A stretch of 59,156 bases of DNA, the filler included, from Sphacelaria rigidula (lineage: Eukaryota), in assembly GCA_964200075.2 (NCBI GenBank). It is 10 parts of 10 records of this genome, joined end to end, with 100 filler letters (N's around TTAATTAATTAA, not from the genome) between each part and the next. Parts side by side here need not be neighbours in the genome. Positions count along the whole stretch, not along the records: positions 35,557 to 41,381 come from CAXNAA020024164.1; positions 41,482 to 47,306 come from CAXNAA020024165.1; positions 47,407 to 53,231 come from CAXNAA020024166.1; 7 more parts are not named here. One strand, written 5' to 3'. The position numbers were made by a program, and so were the translations under genes. Shown here one piece after another: positions 36,025 to 48,901 of this stretch (its first letter is position 1; every line of letters starts with the position of its first letter). The notes beneath the pieces are model-generated. The model worked only from the letters and a program-made list of their open reading frames with translations, was not told the origin of the DNA and searched no databases.

Positions 36025-38124
36025 GTGTCAGTCATGGCGGAGGTTACGTAGACGTTTTATCCCGAATTGGAGTCGTCTCACGAGCGAACCGCGCAACAAC
36101 GAAAGGGAATTGCACAACAACAAAAGGAAGATGGCGCACTCTTGCACGGCAAAGTTTAGTGTAGACAACTGTCGTGATAGCTGAGAAGAACATAAAGTGG
36201 ATGTGGGGGGCCGGACTACCCAAACAGACACACACTGACAAAATAGACAGTACAGTGGCATCCAGTGCATCGTTACTTGTGTTCCGTGTGTTCCGTGTTT
36301 CCTCCTCTACGGCCGTTGCCTGTGCTGTGTCGAGCTGGTTGCACGCACGTACATGCATACCGTACGTAGTGCGTTGTACAAGTGACAGCCGTTGACGACG
36401 ACACTGCAGCGCTATTTTTCTCACCCCCCCTTACTGTTCCGCCTCAATCGGCCACCTTCGATCGCAAGGTTGTCTCACGCACGCGACTCTCCACGAGCTT
36501 TGGCGTGCATAGCTCTTCCTCGTTGCCACCGTTCGTTGCATCCGGTTCTTTCTGTCCGTGCGCGGGATGTCTGTCGCGGACAGACCTCCGTAGCCGGACT
36601 TCCGTTGCGAGAATCGGACGTCGTTTGGAGGTAGATAACACGTGGTATTGTTGAACGAATGTACCTTGCGGGAAGAACTCGAAAGGGTACGGCCGCCGCT
36701 TTTGTCGCCACTGCTTCGAGAGCAGAAAAACGGCGCAAGAGAGTGAAAGTATGGCATTCCAGCTTCTCGAAATCCGCCACAAACAGGTACAATTTTCGCC
36801 CCAAGTTCAGGTACAGTAGAACGTTCAGGTAGGTTTCGCAGGAGAGACGACAGAGTCAGCAATGTCTGTGGCCTTTCTGCCAAGACCAGGTATGCGGCGG
36901 TTCCGTCCAATCACATGACCGTAAAATCATTCGTTTGTACTGCGGTACAGCCTGCTGTACACCGGTTGGTGGCCTAGATACGTCCAGGTATTACAAGAGT
37001 ACCTGGATCTTTCATTTGTACGTCATCTGTGGGGTACATCTACGTTTTCAATAAAAAAAATCCGCTTGAACCGGCTCTGTAGTTCACAACCACAAGTACG
37101 ATATGCTGCAGCACGTTACAGATAGACCCATCTTTTTATGGCAACGAATTTCGATTTTTTTGAAACCCCGATTCAGAAACCGGGGGGACCGTTTCATGGT
37201 ATCACGGCTTTGTGAAACGGTTCTGTACACAGTCATTCTCTGCACGAGTATGGTATCGCGTACTCGTGAAGCCGAAGAGCAGGCAGGCGGTGGATAATCC
37301 TTCGAGTACAGCACAGTGTCGTACCGTGGTACCTTAAGGTGATACAGTGTAGGACACTCCATCATCACAGTACACGATTACGCCGTGTGGTCATACATGA
37401 TGGTACAGTCGGTATTGGGAGCAGAGTGAAACAAGAGTGCGCGAGAACAGTTCAGCAGTGCAGTGCCATACACCACCCTGCAAGTACAGCGACAACAGAC
37501 TAGGATACTGTAGTACAGTACCGTTCATCATAGTGATACATATGGCAGCGCAGTGCAGCACAACATATCACCATCGCCGTAGGGTACGGGGTCAGCACTT
37601 ATTATCCGCTTGTCAAACCCCGTGCGAGGCTGCTTCAGCAGCTGGCGCGGGCGGCCACGCCCTGCGATATCACGAGACTGTTTTTTGCTGCGACAGCAAA
37701 AATATCAAACGCCTCGTACCCCACCACTGTACGTCAATGCACGTACGTCACCTCCCCAACATCAGGGGGACCTCAGCTTTTCCTCGACTTTTCGTCGGGG
37801 GGAATCATTCTGAGATCGTGACACCCCGAATTTTTCTCCATAAAATGCGGTCCCCAATTTCCCCCCCCCCCCGATGCTCGAAAAAATCAAGATCGAGATA
37901 GGTGACAGCCAAAAAAGATGGTCATACGGATGCGAATCGCTCCCAAAACATACAGGAAATATCTTCCAAGAGATGTCCCAACTCTCCCTGATGAGCATAT
38001 CAAGCTAGCCAGCCAGAAACAAACGATCCTTCCGGTCGCTTCCAAGATAACCCCAGAAGGCGTTCTACGCACATCACACGCCCTGCCCAGGTGCATTGCT
38101 CACGGCCGTACTGTCTGTATACCA

Positions 38125-38745
38125 TGATTCATTTTTCGAGTCAAAATTATGCCGATGCAGATGACCCACCCTGGGGGTGACTATAGACAAAGCCGAACAA
38201 AAAAACAGGCAGTACAACGGTAGTAAAACGCAGTACAAAAGCTATACGGTACAGTGTAGGTTCCTCTCATCTCTCCCCCCGCTGCGTTCCTTTCCTTTAT
38301 CCATGGGTATTACCAACGATCAGATTACACCGAAAACCTTTGGAGAGCGTCACCTCTTTCTGCCGCTAGCCCCAAAATCGAACCCTGTAGCCCCCGCTTT
38401 GGTCATCTGGGCCTTGCATTCATCTCTCAAGTCAAATCATGCCAACCCACAACAGATGACTCACTCTGAAGGTGCTTGCACATAGATGGACAAAGCCGAT
38501 CAACAAAGTACAGCACAGGACAAGTAGTGCAATGCAGTACAACACAGTAGAGGGTCGTTTTCTCGCTCTATCCCGCTTCCTTCCCGTTGTTCCCATTATC
38601 TACGGCTATCACCATGGACCAAACTACAAGAAACCTTGAGAGAGCATGACCTCATCCTGCCCCCAGCCCTAAAAGTGGATCCTTGGGCCTCCATGGTGGG
38701 CCATCTGGGTCCTACATTCATATTTCGAGTCAAATCATGCCAATT
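38125..38745. repeat. Diverged ~295-bp tandem repeat (2+ units)
   Basis: Anchor ttcat...tc(g/a)agtcaaa.t.atgcc near 38128, 38419 and 38716; gacaaagccga near 38187 and 38489. Confidence 0.7.
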
Positions 38746-40821
38746 CAATATATATGGACACAGCACTGAAGCTTTGTCGCAGCGTAGGGACGACGTACAG
38801 ACGGCAGGCCGCATGTGGCGAAGATGGACTCTGCATAACTAAGTAACAGGAGAGCACAAGACAGTCACAATGACGTCGTCTGTTCCAGAACACACCACGG
38901 TTTCCAAGGTAGGCCCCCAAAGCGGCTGGGTATACAAGCAACAACGCTTTTCTGTTCATAATTTGTCGGAGTGCATCATACCTTGGCACACTTTTAGTAA
39001 AAAAAACAAAGTCACTCCGATTCAGACATCCCTTCCCATTTTGCCCTGCCCCCGTCCCGCCTGCGTGGTTTCATTTCACTTGCTTCTGTTGAGGACAGTA
39101 TGGCTTGTTCAGGAGAGTCCGTCGATAGGCGGGGTAAATCACACATGTTGTCGTCGGTCCCGAGTGCGATTCGAGGACCGTTTTTTTGCGTTGTGTGCTT
39201 CAAATTACGATGCATGTCCAGCCTTGCGCGAAAATAATAAAAAAATAATTATTTCGGAGCAGAAATGAACCTATTTTCAACCCCTCGCGCACTGCTGCAA
39301 CGCCCAACCCCAGATCTAGACGCACGCGCTTGTTGATTGTGGTCTACGTGAGGTGTTGGCGAAGTTTCAGCGCATGGTAGCGACGACAGCGCGCGCACGA
39401 CCGTGCATCCTGATCCGAGCAACCCTACAGTTGATACCGGAATGGCTTTTCTACAGGCTGTCATCATCCGGAGGCTACGCCAGAACTGATCTATGTTTGT
39501 TTACGAGCACTGCAGCCTCCCAGGTGGTCATGATGCGGAAGTGAGTGCGCCACCATGTCCACATATGCATTCTCTCACGGTGCACGGAATCTCGGCCGCG
39601 AGACGGCCGTTTTGGGGGCATACAGACGGCATTGCCCAAAATCGGAATTCGCTTTGTTTAAGTTGCTCGGGAAAGGACAGGGGCCGTGCTTCGGTACATA
39701 CACTGGCTGTGGTGTGCCCGACTGGTGCACCAAGTTTCACGTTGGTGCCTGCAGCGGCGGTCGAGAACTTTACAATAAAAAATGAAGCGCAAACGTCGAA
39801 AATGGCACCAGTCAACCGTCGAGAGATACAGCAGCTGCAGTTACGCAGCATAATCCTCGTACCAAAACATACTGGGGTGATCGCTGCGCCCCTGCGGCAG
39901 CACAGGAGAGATGAGGCCAAGTGCACAACCGTACTTCCCAGCACTGTGGGTTTGGCTTCGTCACATCGCCCCGCCAAACGACGTGCCTTCAATCATGTCG
40001 GCATCAACAGGGCATCTAGCGTTGTGTTCCCAGTGCACGCCGTATTGGACTGTAGGCGACAGAATACTGTGCACCATTGTACTGCAGATCACGGTACAGT
40101 AGCTTTGTACAACGGTAGTCACATGAGAAAAAGGGGTGTAGCACATCACACACAATTATACTGTAATTGACGCGAAGTTTTCAGTTTGGCTCATTCTTTT
40201 TCACGTGGACTGAGTACATCATGCACTAGCCGGCACGCGTCCTTTTGACCTGGTGCCCTGGGCGTGGTCGCCACCTGTCGGCGTTGCATTGTGCACGAGA
40301 TGCACCAGTGAAGAGCAACACTACTCAGACCACCCCACGCGGGAAATCATCACTTTTTCAGCCAGAAATCTGCGCCGACGATCCCGCCTGGAGCAATGCT
40401 TGCCACCGATGCCATCGGAGGGCCGGTACTCCCTTGTGTCGGGACCGCTGCTCGTGTGAACTGTGTCTACTTCACGGCTGATATCAGCCGAATGCTTGTC
40501 AAATGGTTCTTCTATCGGGGCATTCCGGTATTGGATTGTTTTTCTTTATTTTCGCGCAAGACTGTGTCTCGACAAACTCGCTTTCCGGGAACGTCCCGCA
40601 CTCGGCACACCAGACAGCCAAGAACATTTTTTTCTGCAGAGTTTCAGGGAACGCTTCAAGATAATTGAAAAAAAGGAGTTTGTACAGACATGCATGTCAG
40701 GGGTGCGCAGGTGTATGTGGCATCTGGACAGGGAGGGCGGCACGTAAACGCATGATGTACTCATGCTAAGGTCGTGTTTTAACGAAACAAGGGAAATGAT
40801 GATCATTTCGTGATCGTGATA

Positions 40822-41381
40822 CAGGCCGGTTCACGTTGATCACCCAAAAAACACTCATCGGCAAAACCTCACGCCGTTTCAAGGAGTAAGACCCTGAATT
40901 TTTGCACGAATGTTCTATGGGTAATTACGCAAATTTTGACGGCCTTCTTATTTTTTTTTACTTTTTTACTTTTTTACCGTTTTTCGGGGGTCCCAGATTT
41001 TGGGGGGAAACCTTGACCCAATCGGACACCCGTAAAACGTCAACAACAAAAAAAAAAACAATCGTCAAAAGTTGTGTAATTGCCCATACACATTCGTGCA
41101 AAATTTCAGGGTCTAAGTCCTTGAAACGGCGTGAGGTTTTTCGCTTTTGTGCGAAAAACTTTGCCGTGCCGCGGCGAAACCCCAAGTTACTTGATTTTAG
41201 TACCAAAACGGCGTTTTTGGGCCTTCTTTGACGTGAACATGGAAATTCAAGCACCAGTTGATCGATTTTTGCGACGAAAATTTGTGGAGCCCATCCTTGG
41301 TTTATGCGGAGGCAGATGGTTTGCGGAAAAATGAAAAAAAAAAATCGTAGTGCCGTTTATCTGGGGAAACAAAAAAAAGAC
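40822..41381 (-). mobile_element. Family A copy 3 (partial, cut by contig end)
   Basis: TA|CAGGCCGGTTCACGTTGATCACCCAAAAAACACTCATCGGCAAAACC..., colinear with 29931-30480. Confidence 0.85.
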
Positions 41382-41481
41382 NNNNNNNNNNNNNNNNNNN
41401 NNNNNNNNNNNNNNNNNNNNNNNNNTTAATTAATTAANNNNNNNNNNNNNNNNNNNNNNNNNNNNNNNNNNNNNNNNNNNN

Positions 41482-41551
<70 letters not shown>

Positions 41552-41860
41552 CATTACTTGTCGCACTTTGAATCACTCCCCTTCCTCGGGACGAGTGCGT
41601 GGTCTCAAGGGATCAATCGACCCATCTCTCCCCCGGTACACGCCTCGCATTTTGGTCTCGTGGAAAGGGTCATGACTATCAGCACTCCCGCACCGCGTCG
41701 ACTCACGCCAAACAAACTCAGTCAACGACTTTGTTTACTCACGTTCTCACGCTTTCCACGGTGCAAGTCAGATACTACGAAAAAAAAATTCAACGCATCT
41801 CAAACCCCCGTTCTCTCCCACCCTAATGGCGACAGTCGAACCATTACACCACCGGGGCGC
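41482..41860 (-). mobile_element. Full-length tRNA-derived SINE family 2 with (TAA)n tail
   Basis: Head GCGCCCCGGTGGTGTAATGGTTCGACTGTCGCCATTAGGGTGGGAGAGAACGGGGGTTTGAGA (A box TGGTGTAATGG, B-box-like GGTTTGAGA). Body GAGTCGACGCGGTGCG...CCACGAGACC...GGCGTGTACCGGG. Tail (TAA)n at 41482-41550. Confidence 0.75.
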
Positions 41861-41899
41861 GAGTGTACGTTCATTTTTTGTGTTTGTCTGACCTACAGC

Positions 41900-42100
41900 C
41901 CCTCTCCTTCCTCGGTACGAGTCCGTGGTCTCAAAGGATGAAGTCAGCGATCCCTCGGTAAAGTACACACTTCACACTTCGGTATCGCGGATTAATTGGA
42001 TCATGACCAGCGCTCCCGCCACCGCATCGATCATCATCCAACATTCTCAGCCAAATATAACTATTTTCAATCTCTTTGTGTTACTCAACGTCCTCGAGTT
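41900..42100 (-). mobile_element. Diverged SINE family 2 body fragment
   Basis: ttcctcggtacgagtccgtggtctcaaaggat...cagcgctcccgccaccgcatcga repeats 41582-41705. Confidence 0.6.
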
Positions 42101-43637
42101 TCAACAACGGATATGAGATTCTTCTGAGGCCCGCTTTTAACGGCGCCGTATTTTTTTTCGCCGACTTTTCCAACTTTTACGGGGGGGCAAAAAACTGACT
42201 CCTTGAACAATGTGACACAAGACTAATACTCAACTAACTTACTATTCAAGTACTATGACTCGGTATATTTAGCGATGACTTTTTTTTTCTGCATTTCATT
42301 TTTTTTTACAAGTCCGAACTTCTCCGAACATGGACAGAAAGTATGAAGAATAAAACTCAATAATACTGGGAAAAAAAAAAGCAAAAAACTCGATGCATCT
42401 GGCGGGTACGAACCCGCATTTTTTTCCCGCCCAAATCGTGGTCAGCATTTCTAATACACCGCCGGGAGACGCGGCAGCAAACACATGCAGGTTTTATTGG
42501 GTGTTGGTGCTACCTCGTGCGGGTTGCTGTTGTATCGTGATGATACAGCCTTGGAAGATTTTTACATCCCCCAGCTGAATCTCGGATACCTCTTCATACT
42601 TCTTTTTCTTTTCGAGTAGCTGAGGTTGGTCAGTCAGTATCATTCTCGCCCGCTATTCAGGTGCTGGTGGATGACACAAACATCACATACACCTGTCTCA
42701 GTCTCCCGTGACCATAATCCAGTCAGATTGCGGTCTCAGAGAAGTACGAAGCGTTCCGGAGTGCCACATATCAAACGCCGACATGACTCGTGCAATCTCC
42801 CCATTTTTATCGTCAGTGCTTCTCATGTGACATTTATAGCCATGAATCTGTCAGAAAAGGCTCGTAAGGCTCCGCCTTGATACAATATCTCGTGCAACAC
42901 GTCACATGCCACATGCCAAACACAACAACCACACGAGCACACGAGCACACGGGCACGCACCCGTCTTGCTGCACAAATCAGGCCCTGACAAACAGGGCAT
43001 GCCTTACTTTTTGCCTCAGAGCCCCTTAGGGGCAAAAGGGTTGCCTGCGACGGTGTTTGTTGCCTGAAGTACTCCCATTGCCGCAAGGCACATAGAGGCA
43101 AGCATAAAATAATGCCGTTAGACGAAAACTCCCCAAAACCAGAGGATGAGGGGCACAAGAACCCCCGAAAACATCACAACCTTGACCCTAACCGTAGGCA
43201 TGCGAAGCATACGGGAGACGTGTAAGGAAGGGGCGTATAAGGTGAATGCCTTAGAGTTGCCTTACCCCAAATATTTTCGCTTGCGGCGAGCGTATGTCTT
43301 AGCACGCCCACGACGTGCCGTATCTGTCAGGGCCGAGCACAAGGCGCACGGCACACGGTGGAACACAGACGAGTGGCACGCACGAGCATCAAGTGGAGGA
43401 TGATCGTACCAGCCGTTCGTGTGTGCGTCGTTCCTTATTTTTTACTTTTCACCTTAGCACGTCTTTAAGCCTGGTATGTGATCACGAGCTAGGGTTACTG
43501 GCGATGACCTATAACGTGAGGAGCCACAGACACGAGGCGTTTTAAGTTTCCCTGGTACAGGGCCGAAGTAGGACGCAGTTTCGAGCCCACAATGGTGGGT
43601 ACAACTATTATACGCCTCATTTTTTTGTCTCGCCTTA

Positions 43638-43762
43638 GGCCAACTCTTATGGGAGCGTTTGAAATTATATTTTGCAACAATTTCAGAAGTTTTTTTTTTC
43701 TTTGTCATCATGGTGAACGGGCACAAAATACACAACTACGGCGAAGAAAAAAAAAAATGTTT
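43638..43762. mobile_element. Truncated copy of the same Harbinger-type MITE
   Basis: GGCCAACTCTTATGGGAGCGTTTGAAATT...ggtgaacgggcacaaaa.acacaactacggc is shared with 45717-45846; right TIR missing. Confidence 0.75.
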
Positions 43763-44726
43763 CCGTCTGCGGCCAAAATATGTGTGCGACAAAATAGGAG
43801 GGTGCGGCAAATCGCCTATGCCACACTGCAACACGTACGCGATTCCCCACGGTCAGTCCAGCCGGTGGTGCGCCAGCACAGCACTGCACCACCTATCTGA
43901 AGCGCTGCCCCTAGCACATGAGCTGTATGCAGCAAAGACGCATGTTTCGTGAGATCTTCGGTTGTGCGTGCACTCTCTGCGAGCACAGACATCATTCTTG
44001 CGATGTTGGGATGTGCCCTGCGAAGATATCAATGCTATATATTTTAGTTGCCAAATATCATCTATTTCACTAGGTGTTGTCGGCCTTGCAGCGGCCCTCC
44101 TAGTAATCATTTTTCAGTCGAGATGTTGATACTGTTTGATTTTTACAACCCTCGCAAAAATTATATGTTAAAAACTATACTAAATAATAAATAGTAAGTA
44201 AAATTCGATTACTGTTGGGACTTGGGTGGGAGTGGTTGAGGTTGGATAATGATTTTTTTCGATTGGATTATTATTTTTTGGGAAAGGGGAACACAATATA
44301 TATATATGGAGCGCTTCTTCTGCATTTTCTACTGCTTCTTCTCCGTGTTTCATTGAACTAACTTCCGTTTCGAACACTGAAATGATGATTATTTTGAGGA
44401 CGGTTTGAAGGGCGTTGAGGGTATAGCCTCATCCCCCAACGAATCACAAAGAACCATGATGACAAATGACGTGAACAGTCACAACGATGTTCAAAACCAA
44501 TTTAATTAAAAAAAAACTAATTTCCATACATAAGACGGGGCCAAACAACGTCACACGTCCTTGCTCATTCAGAGGTAATGCTAAGCGACATTGTCCATCT
44601 ACCTGTACAGTATCAAGCTATGTGCTCAGTGCGGTATCTAACCCCTAGACCGCGATGCGGGTAGTCCATCTGGATCATGCACACTTTTTTCACATGAAAT
44701 TGATGCCGATTCAGCAGGTGACCTAC

Positions 44727-46246
44727 CAGGGTTGCACATCGAATATCGATAATCGATACGATTTTGATCAAAATATCGGCGATATGTCATATCGGTATCG
44801 GAGTGTAGAAAACCGATATATGTGATATGTATCATTATCGAATATCAATATCGAATATCGATACGCTCGATATTTTGTTCACTTTCCGTCACATTAGCTC
44901 AATTTCTCGAAACTGTCGTCACAGGAAACGCAGGAGGGGGGGGGGTGGTATTTCCCGAATGGTTGACCCCCAGTTGATGTGCAACCCTGGCCTCCCCCAT
45001 CCCTCACTCCACAAGGTCCCGTTCACACACGACACACGACACAACACACAAAACATGGCGCAGCTGCATTCCACTCAGCGTCTGTGTAGCATGAGCCTTA
45101 GGTCTTTCTTTGTCGCCGGCCACAGTGCAGACTCTGAAGGCGATGTTTCTGCTGGGCCTGCTGCTGCTGCTGCTGCCGTATCTCCTCGCCTTCCCTTCAT
45201 GTTTGACGAGTGTTGGAAATATTTTCCCCTCCATCCACTAGTCTGGACATTCCAAGTGTTGCACGCTTTGTGGTTTTTTCTTCTTGGTTGGTGACATACA
45301 AATATAGTATACTTTTTGGCATCCAAAAATTAAAACTTGAGGCATGCTGCCGACGTTTCCTGTTATTGGTAGTGAAGAACGTTGAAAAAAAAGAGTTCGA
45401 ATTTGAGTTTGTGCATGTTCGAGGTTTGACACCTTCCCCTTTTCCAATGAACTTGAAGAGTCCAGGTATGCGCTCATTCGATCGAAACACGCGGAATAGT
45501 AACCGTAGAAATGTAAACAGTATAACCAATACCGCACCCGGCCCGCTGTGATCAACTACCTCTTGCATGACGACGAAAGATATTCGCAAGACAGCTGTAT
45601 CACCGCATGCCGCCGCTACTACGATGTCAATTTGCACACTGCCCGCTGCTGTAGATCATATGTCCACTGCTGTCCACTGGAAACTACCGTAGGTTGCTTG
45701 AGATACCACACCCTCAGGCAAACTATTATGGGAGCGTTTGAAATTTTATTTTTCGACAAATTCTTCGTAGTATTTTTTTTCTTTCTTTGCCATCACGGTG
45801 AACGGGCACAAAACACACAACTACGGCAAAGAAAAAAAAAATGTTTAAAATTATTGCAAAGTAAAATTATAAACGCTCCCATAAGAGTTGGCCTCAGAAG
45901 CGATTTTCAAAGCTCGATTACTTTCTCTCGACGAGATGGTTGCAACGCCGCCCAGTTCAGCCCTGGCATCGCTCTGGTGAGGAGTAAGTGAGCTTTGAAA
46001 ATTTGTCTAGGGGATGTGGTATCTCAAGCGACCTACAATAGTGAGTGAGGGTGTCAGTGTGCCAGTGTACTGCTCGGTCTCGTACACTGCGGCGATACCA
46101 AAACAGCCGTATCGTATCGAGTATCGAGTATCGATACGTATCGTGAAATTTTCGGAATATCGACAAAAATATCGGTATGGGCGATTGTGGTTCGATATTC
46201 TAAGAATATCTATCAAACTTTTTTCTCGGCCCGACATGCAATCCTG
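44727..46246. mobile_element. Non-autonomous hAT-type element (1.5 kb)
   Basis: TIRs CAGGGTTGCACATCG / CGACATGCAATCCTG (12/15). 8-bp TSD TGACCTAC/TGACCTGC. ATATCG/ATCGAT-rich subterminal arrays at both ends. Confidence 0.8.
45717..45893. mobile_element. PIF/Harbinger-type MITE (177 bp)
   Basis: TCA|GGCAAACTATTATGGGAGCGTTT ... AAACGCTCCCATAAGAGTTGGCC|TCA; 3-bp TSD. Confidence 0.8.
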
Positions 46247-48197
46247 TGACCTGCCCTCGCGGTCCAATGGTTAACTGAATCGTGCCGCCTTCAATCCAAT
46301 TGCCTGTCAGCACTGTTGTACAGCAGTCCACAACTGTGCATTCGATTCTAATCGCCTGTGCGCCCCCTACCACTAGATCGCTCCCTTGCTTGGGTACTCT
46401 ACTGACATTGAACCGCTCTTGTGCCATTCCATCGTGTGCCGGTCATGTTGGGCTTGAAACAACCTGCACTGTGTCTGTTTCACTACTTCTGTACGAGATC
46501 TCGTCTTCAGCTCAAAACTGGCTCTACTGCCTCTCCGTCCCTTAATAGATTGTACCGACACGGCGGCGACTTACGTCGTGGAACTGCAAAATGAATGATC
46601 CAACCCTCCTCCCCCCCCTCCCAAGCATCTAGTTCTAGGTGAGACACATAAACTGAGCCATTTGTCGAGGACGTTACAGTCCTTCACTCGTTTTGCACCA
46701 AGATGGACATGCCTGTCGCAGTCATTGCTTGCACATTCTACATGCGCGACATGCACGCATTTGTTGGTGACGGAGTATAACACTCCTCAGCGGGAAGCGA
46801 GGTTTTCGACTCTGCTCTTCCCAAAAAAAGAGATCCCACGCTGTTCAGAAGATCTCTTTCATCAGTAGACTTGAATGGGATCTTTCCAAATGCACAACTT
46901 TCAGCAGCGCGGCCGCCCTTGTCTCAAAGGAAACCGAAGACAGAAACCACTGTTGATCATACGGCGGGCGCTATCCCTCTGTTTTCTGTGTACACTTTGT
47001 GCATGTACCACAGCACGCTTGAAACCAGAGTATGTTGAGGCCTCACCAATGTAGACGTTTTGTGTGGATGGCGACGCAATCTTCCTGTGATCGCAATGGG
47101 CTAAACCGCTGTGCCAGGCCTTCCTCCCTCAGGGTAGAGAATCAGAGTTGCGCTTGTCTGATATGGCTACTTGTCACATTGACTATACAGAGTACTTCTC
47201 AGATCCGATGTCACGTGAATCGATTTAACGACTGAAACTTGATTAAACAGCCAATCATCTATGTTGAGGATGGTGCTTTTGATTGAGGATGAGAACCCGG
47301 AGGATTNNNNNNNNNNNNNNNNNNNNNNNNNNNNNNNNNNNNNNNNNNNNTTAATTAATTAANNNNNNNNNNNNNNNNNNNNNNNNNNNNNNNNNNNNNN
47401 NNNNNNCGCCAGGGTTCCTTCTAGCCAATGTCGCCAATATGAGGCGCTTCATGCAGCCTGAACCCGAACACCAGGCGCTGTATGGCCATTTTTTCGTGAC
47501 ACTCTTAGCTGGTTTTTGGGGGGGGGGGGGCTATCGTAGAAAGTGTCCGTTTTGGTCGTATATCTATGGTTGATTTTTCCGAACAAACTAACAACGACAA
47601 CCCTAACCCTAACCTCGACCCAAGGCGTACGAGACTCTCGGGAAAGGGTGCGTAGGGTTAGGGTTAGGCAAAGTGTGCGTTGGCAGACCCGAAATCGACG
47701 CCGCAGGCGCCGATTTCGACAACAACACGTTCTGGACGAGCGGGGTCCACTGCTCACCTGCTCCAAACCATAACTTTTCCCAGAACTTTCTCCATTCTAA
47801 AACCAAGTAGTCATATTGTCAACCATAGATATACGACCAAAACTTTACTGTAGGTCTACTGCACCTGTGATGACGATATCCCCTGTTTGAGGGCCAAAAA
47901 ACTGTACCATCTGTCGCAAAAACTGGAAAAAAAAAATCAACAAAAAAACAAAAAAAAGTCAAAACGTTGGAAACGGTAAAACTGCGTAGGAAATGCCGTC
48001 TTCTTGTGGAATACACCACTGCTGCACAGTATACCCACGAGCCCTTGCGAGTGAGAGGTTGTCAAGGGTGTGATGGATAGAGTATTTCTCACACTTGGGT
48101 ATTTTGAAAATTCGTCCATCTAGATGACGCATAATTTTTTCAAGTAAATCTTGATGCCGATTCAGCAGGTGACCTACCCTCGCGGTCAAAGGGTTAA

Positions 48198-48901
48198 CCC
48201 TTGAACAGCGAGCGTGGCCTCGGAACAGACATCCGGGGTTTTCCAGTTGGCGGGGGGGGGGGGGGGAGGTGGTTGTCTGTCCGCAAAGCAGCCGGGCTCA
48301 CCAACGCCAAACATGTGTGTTTGAAACTTTCCCGTGGAAGATTCGAAGCCGGGAATGAGGCCTGAGAGGCGCGGAATGATATTACCGACCAATCACGGCC
48401 ATCAAAATAGTCATTTTGTCCCCCTACAGGTGGACGGCTTCGCTGTCTACCGGTATTTCTCATTTTGGTCATGGCAATTCAACCATAGATTACATGAGCA
48501 TAAAGAACGTGCTTTTTACTCTGGTGGTGGCCTTTGCCGCCTGCCCGACGACTCATGTGCTACCAGCGTAGCTTCACACTGTCTGTAGGGTTGTTGTAGA
48601 AGGCTAAGCGGAGGCATCAGCAGCATGCAGTAAATTGTGTTCAGTGGAGAGCAATGGCACGCTGACTATGTCTTGCTGTTGTATCCAGCGGAGACATACC
48701 GCGCACATACTGAATCTGCACCCTTTTGACTGCACGGTCAAAACCGGCCAGGGGTTCTCCGGAACTATGTTCTATATAGATGCCCAGCATCCACATGATT
48801 ATGAAAGAAGGCGTTTTGCGTAGCGAGAAAAGAGCTGTTCCGAACCCCAAATGTAGCAACATCCATCTCAGTCCACCTGCCGGGGGGTCGCTGTCTAAGG
48901 G
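48198..48901. mobile_element. Non-autonomous piggyBac-type element (~700 bp)
   Basis: TTAA|CCCTTGAACAGCG ... CGCTGTCTAAGGG|TCAA. Confidence 0.55.

Larger units (their letters stand above)
44642..46270 (+). mobile_element. ~100-bp piggyBac-type MITE split by a nested insertion
   Basis: CTAA|CCCCTAGACCGCG...gatgccgattcagcaggTGACCTAC [insert] TGACCTGCcctcgcggtccaatgg|TTAA. The uninterrupted junction is seen at 48153-48197. Confidence 0.75.

Noticed and set aside
39300..39990. Remnant of a non-LTR retrotransposon C-terminus (EFRF...CICG...DHLGGC)
   Set aside because: Only a faint motif resemblance across broken frames; needs a profile search.
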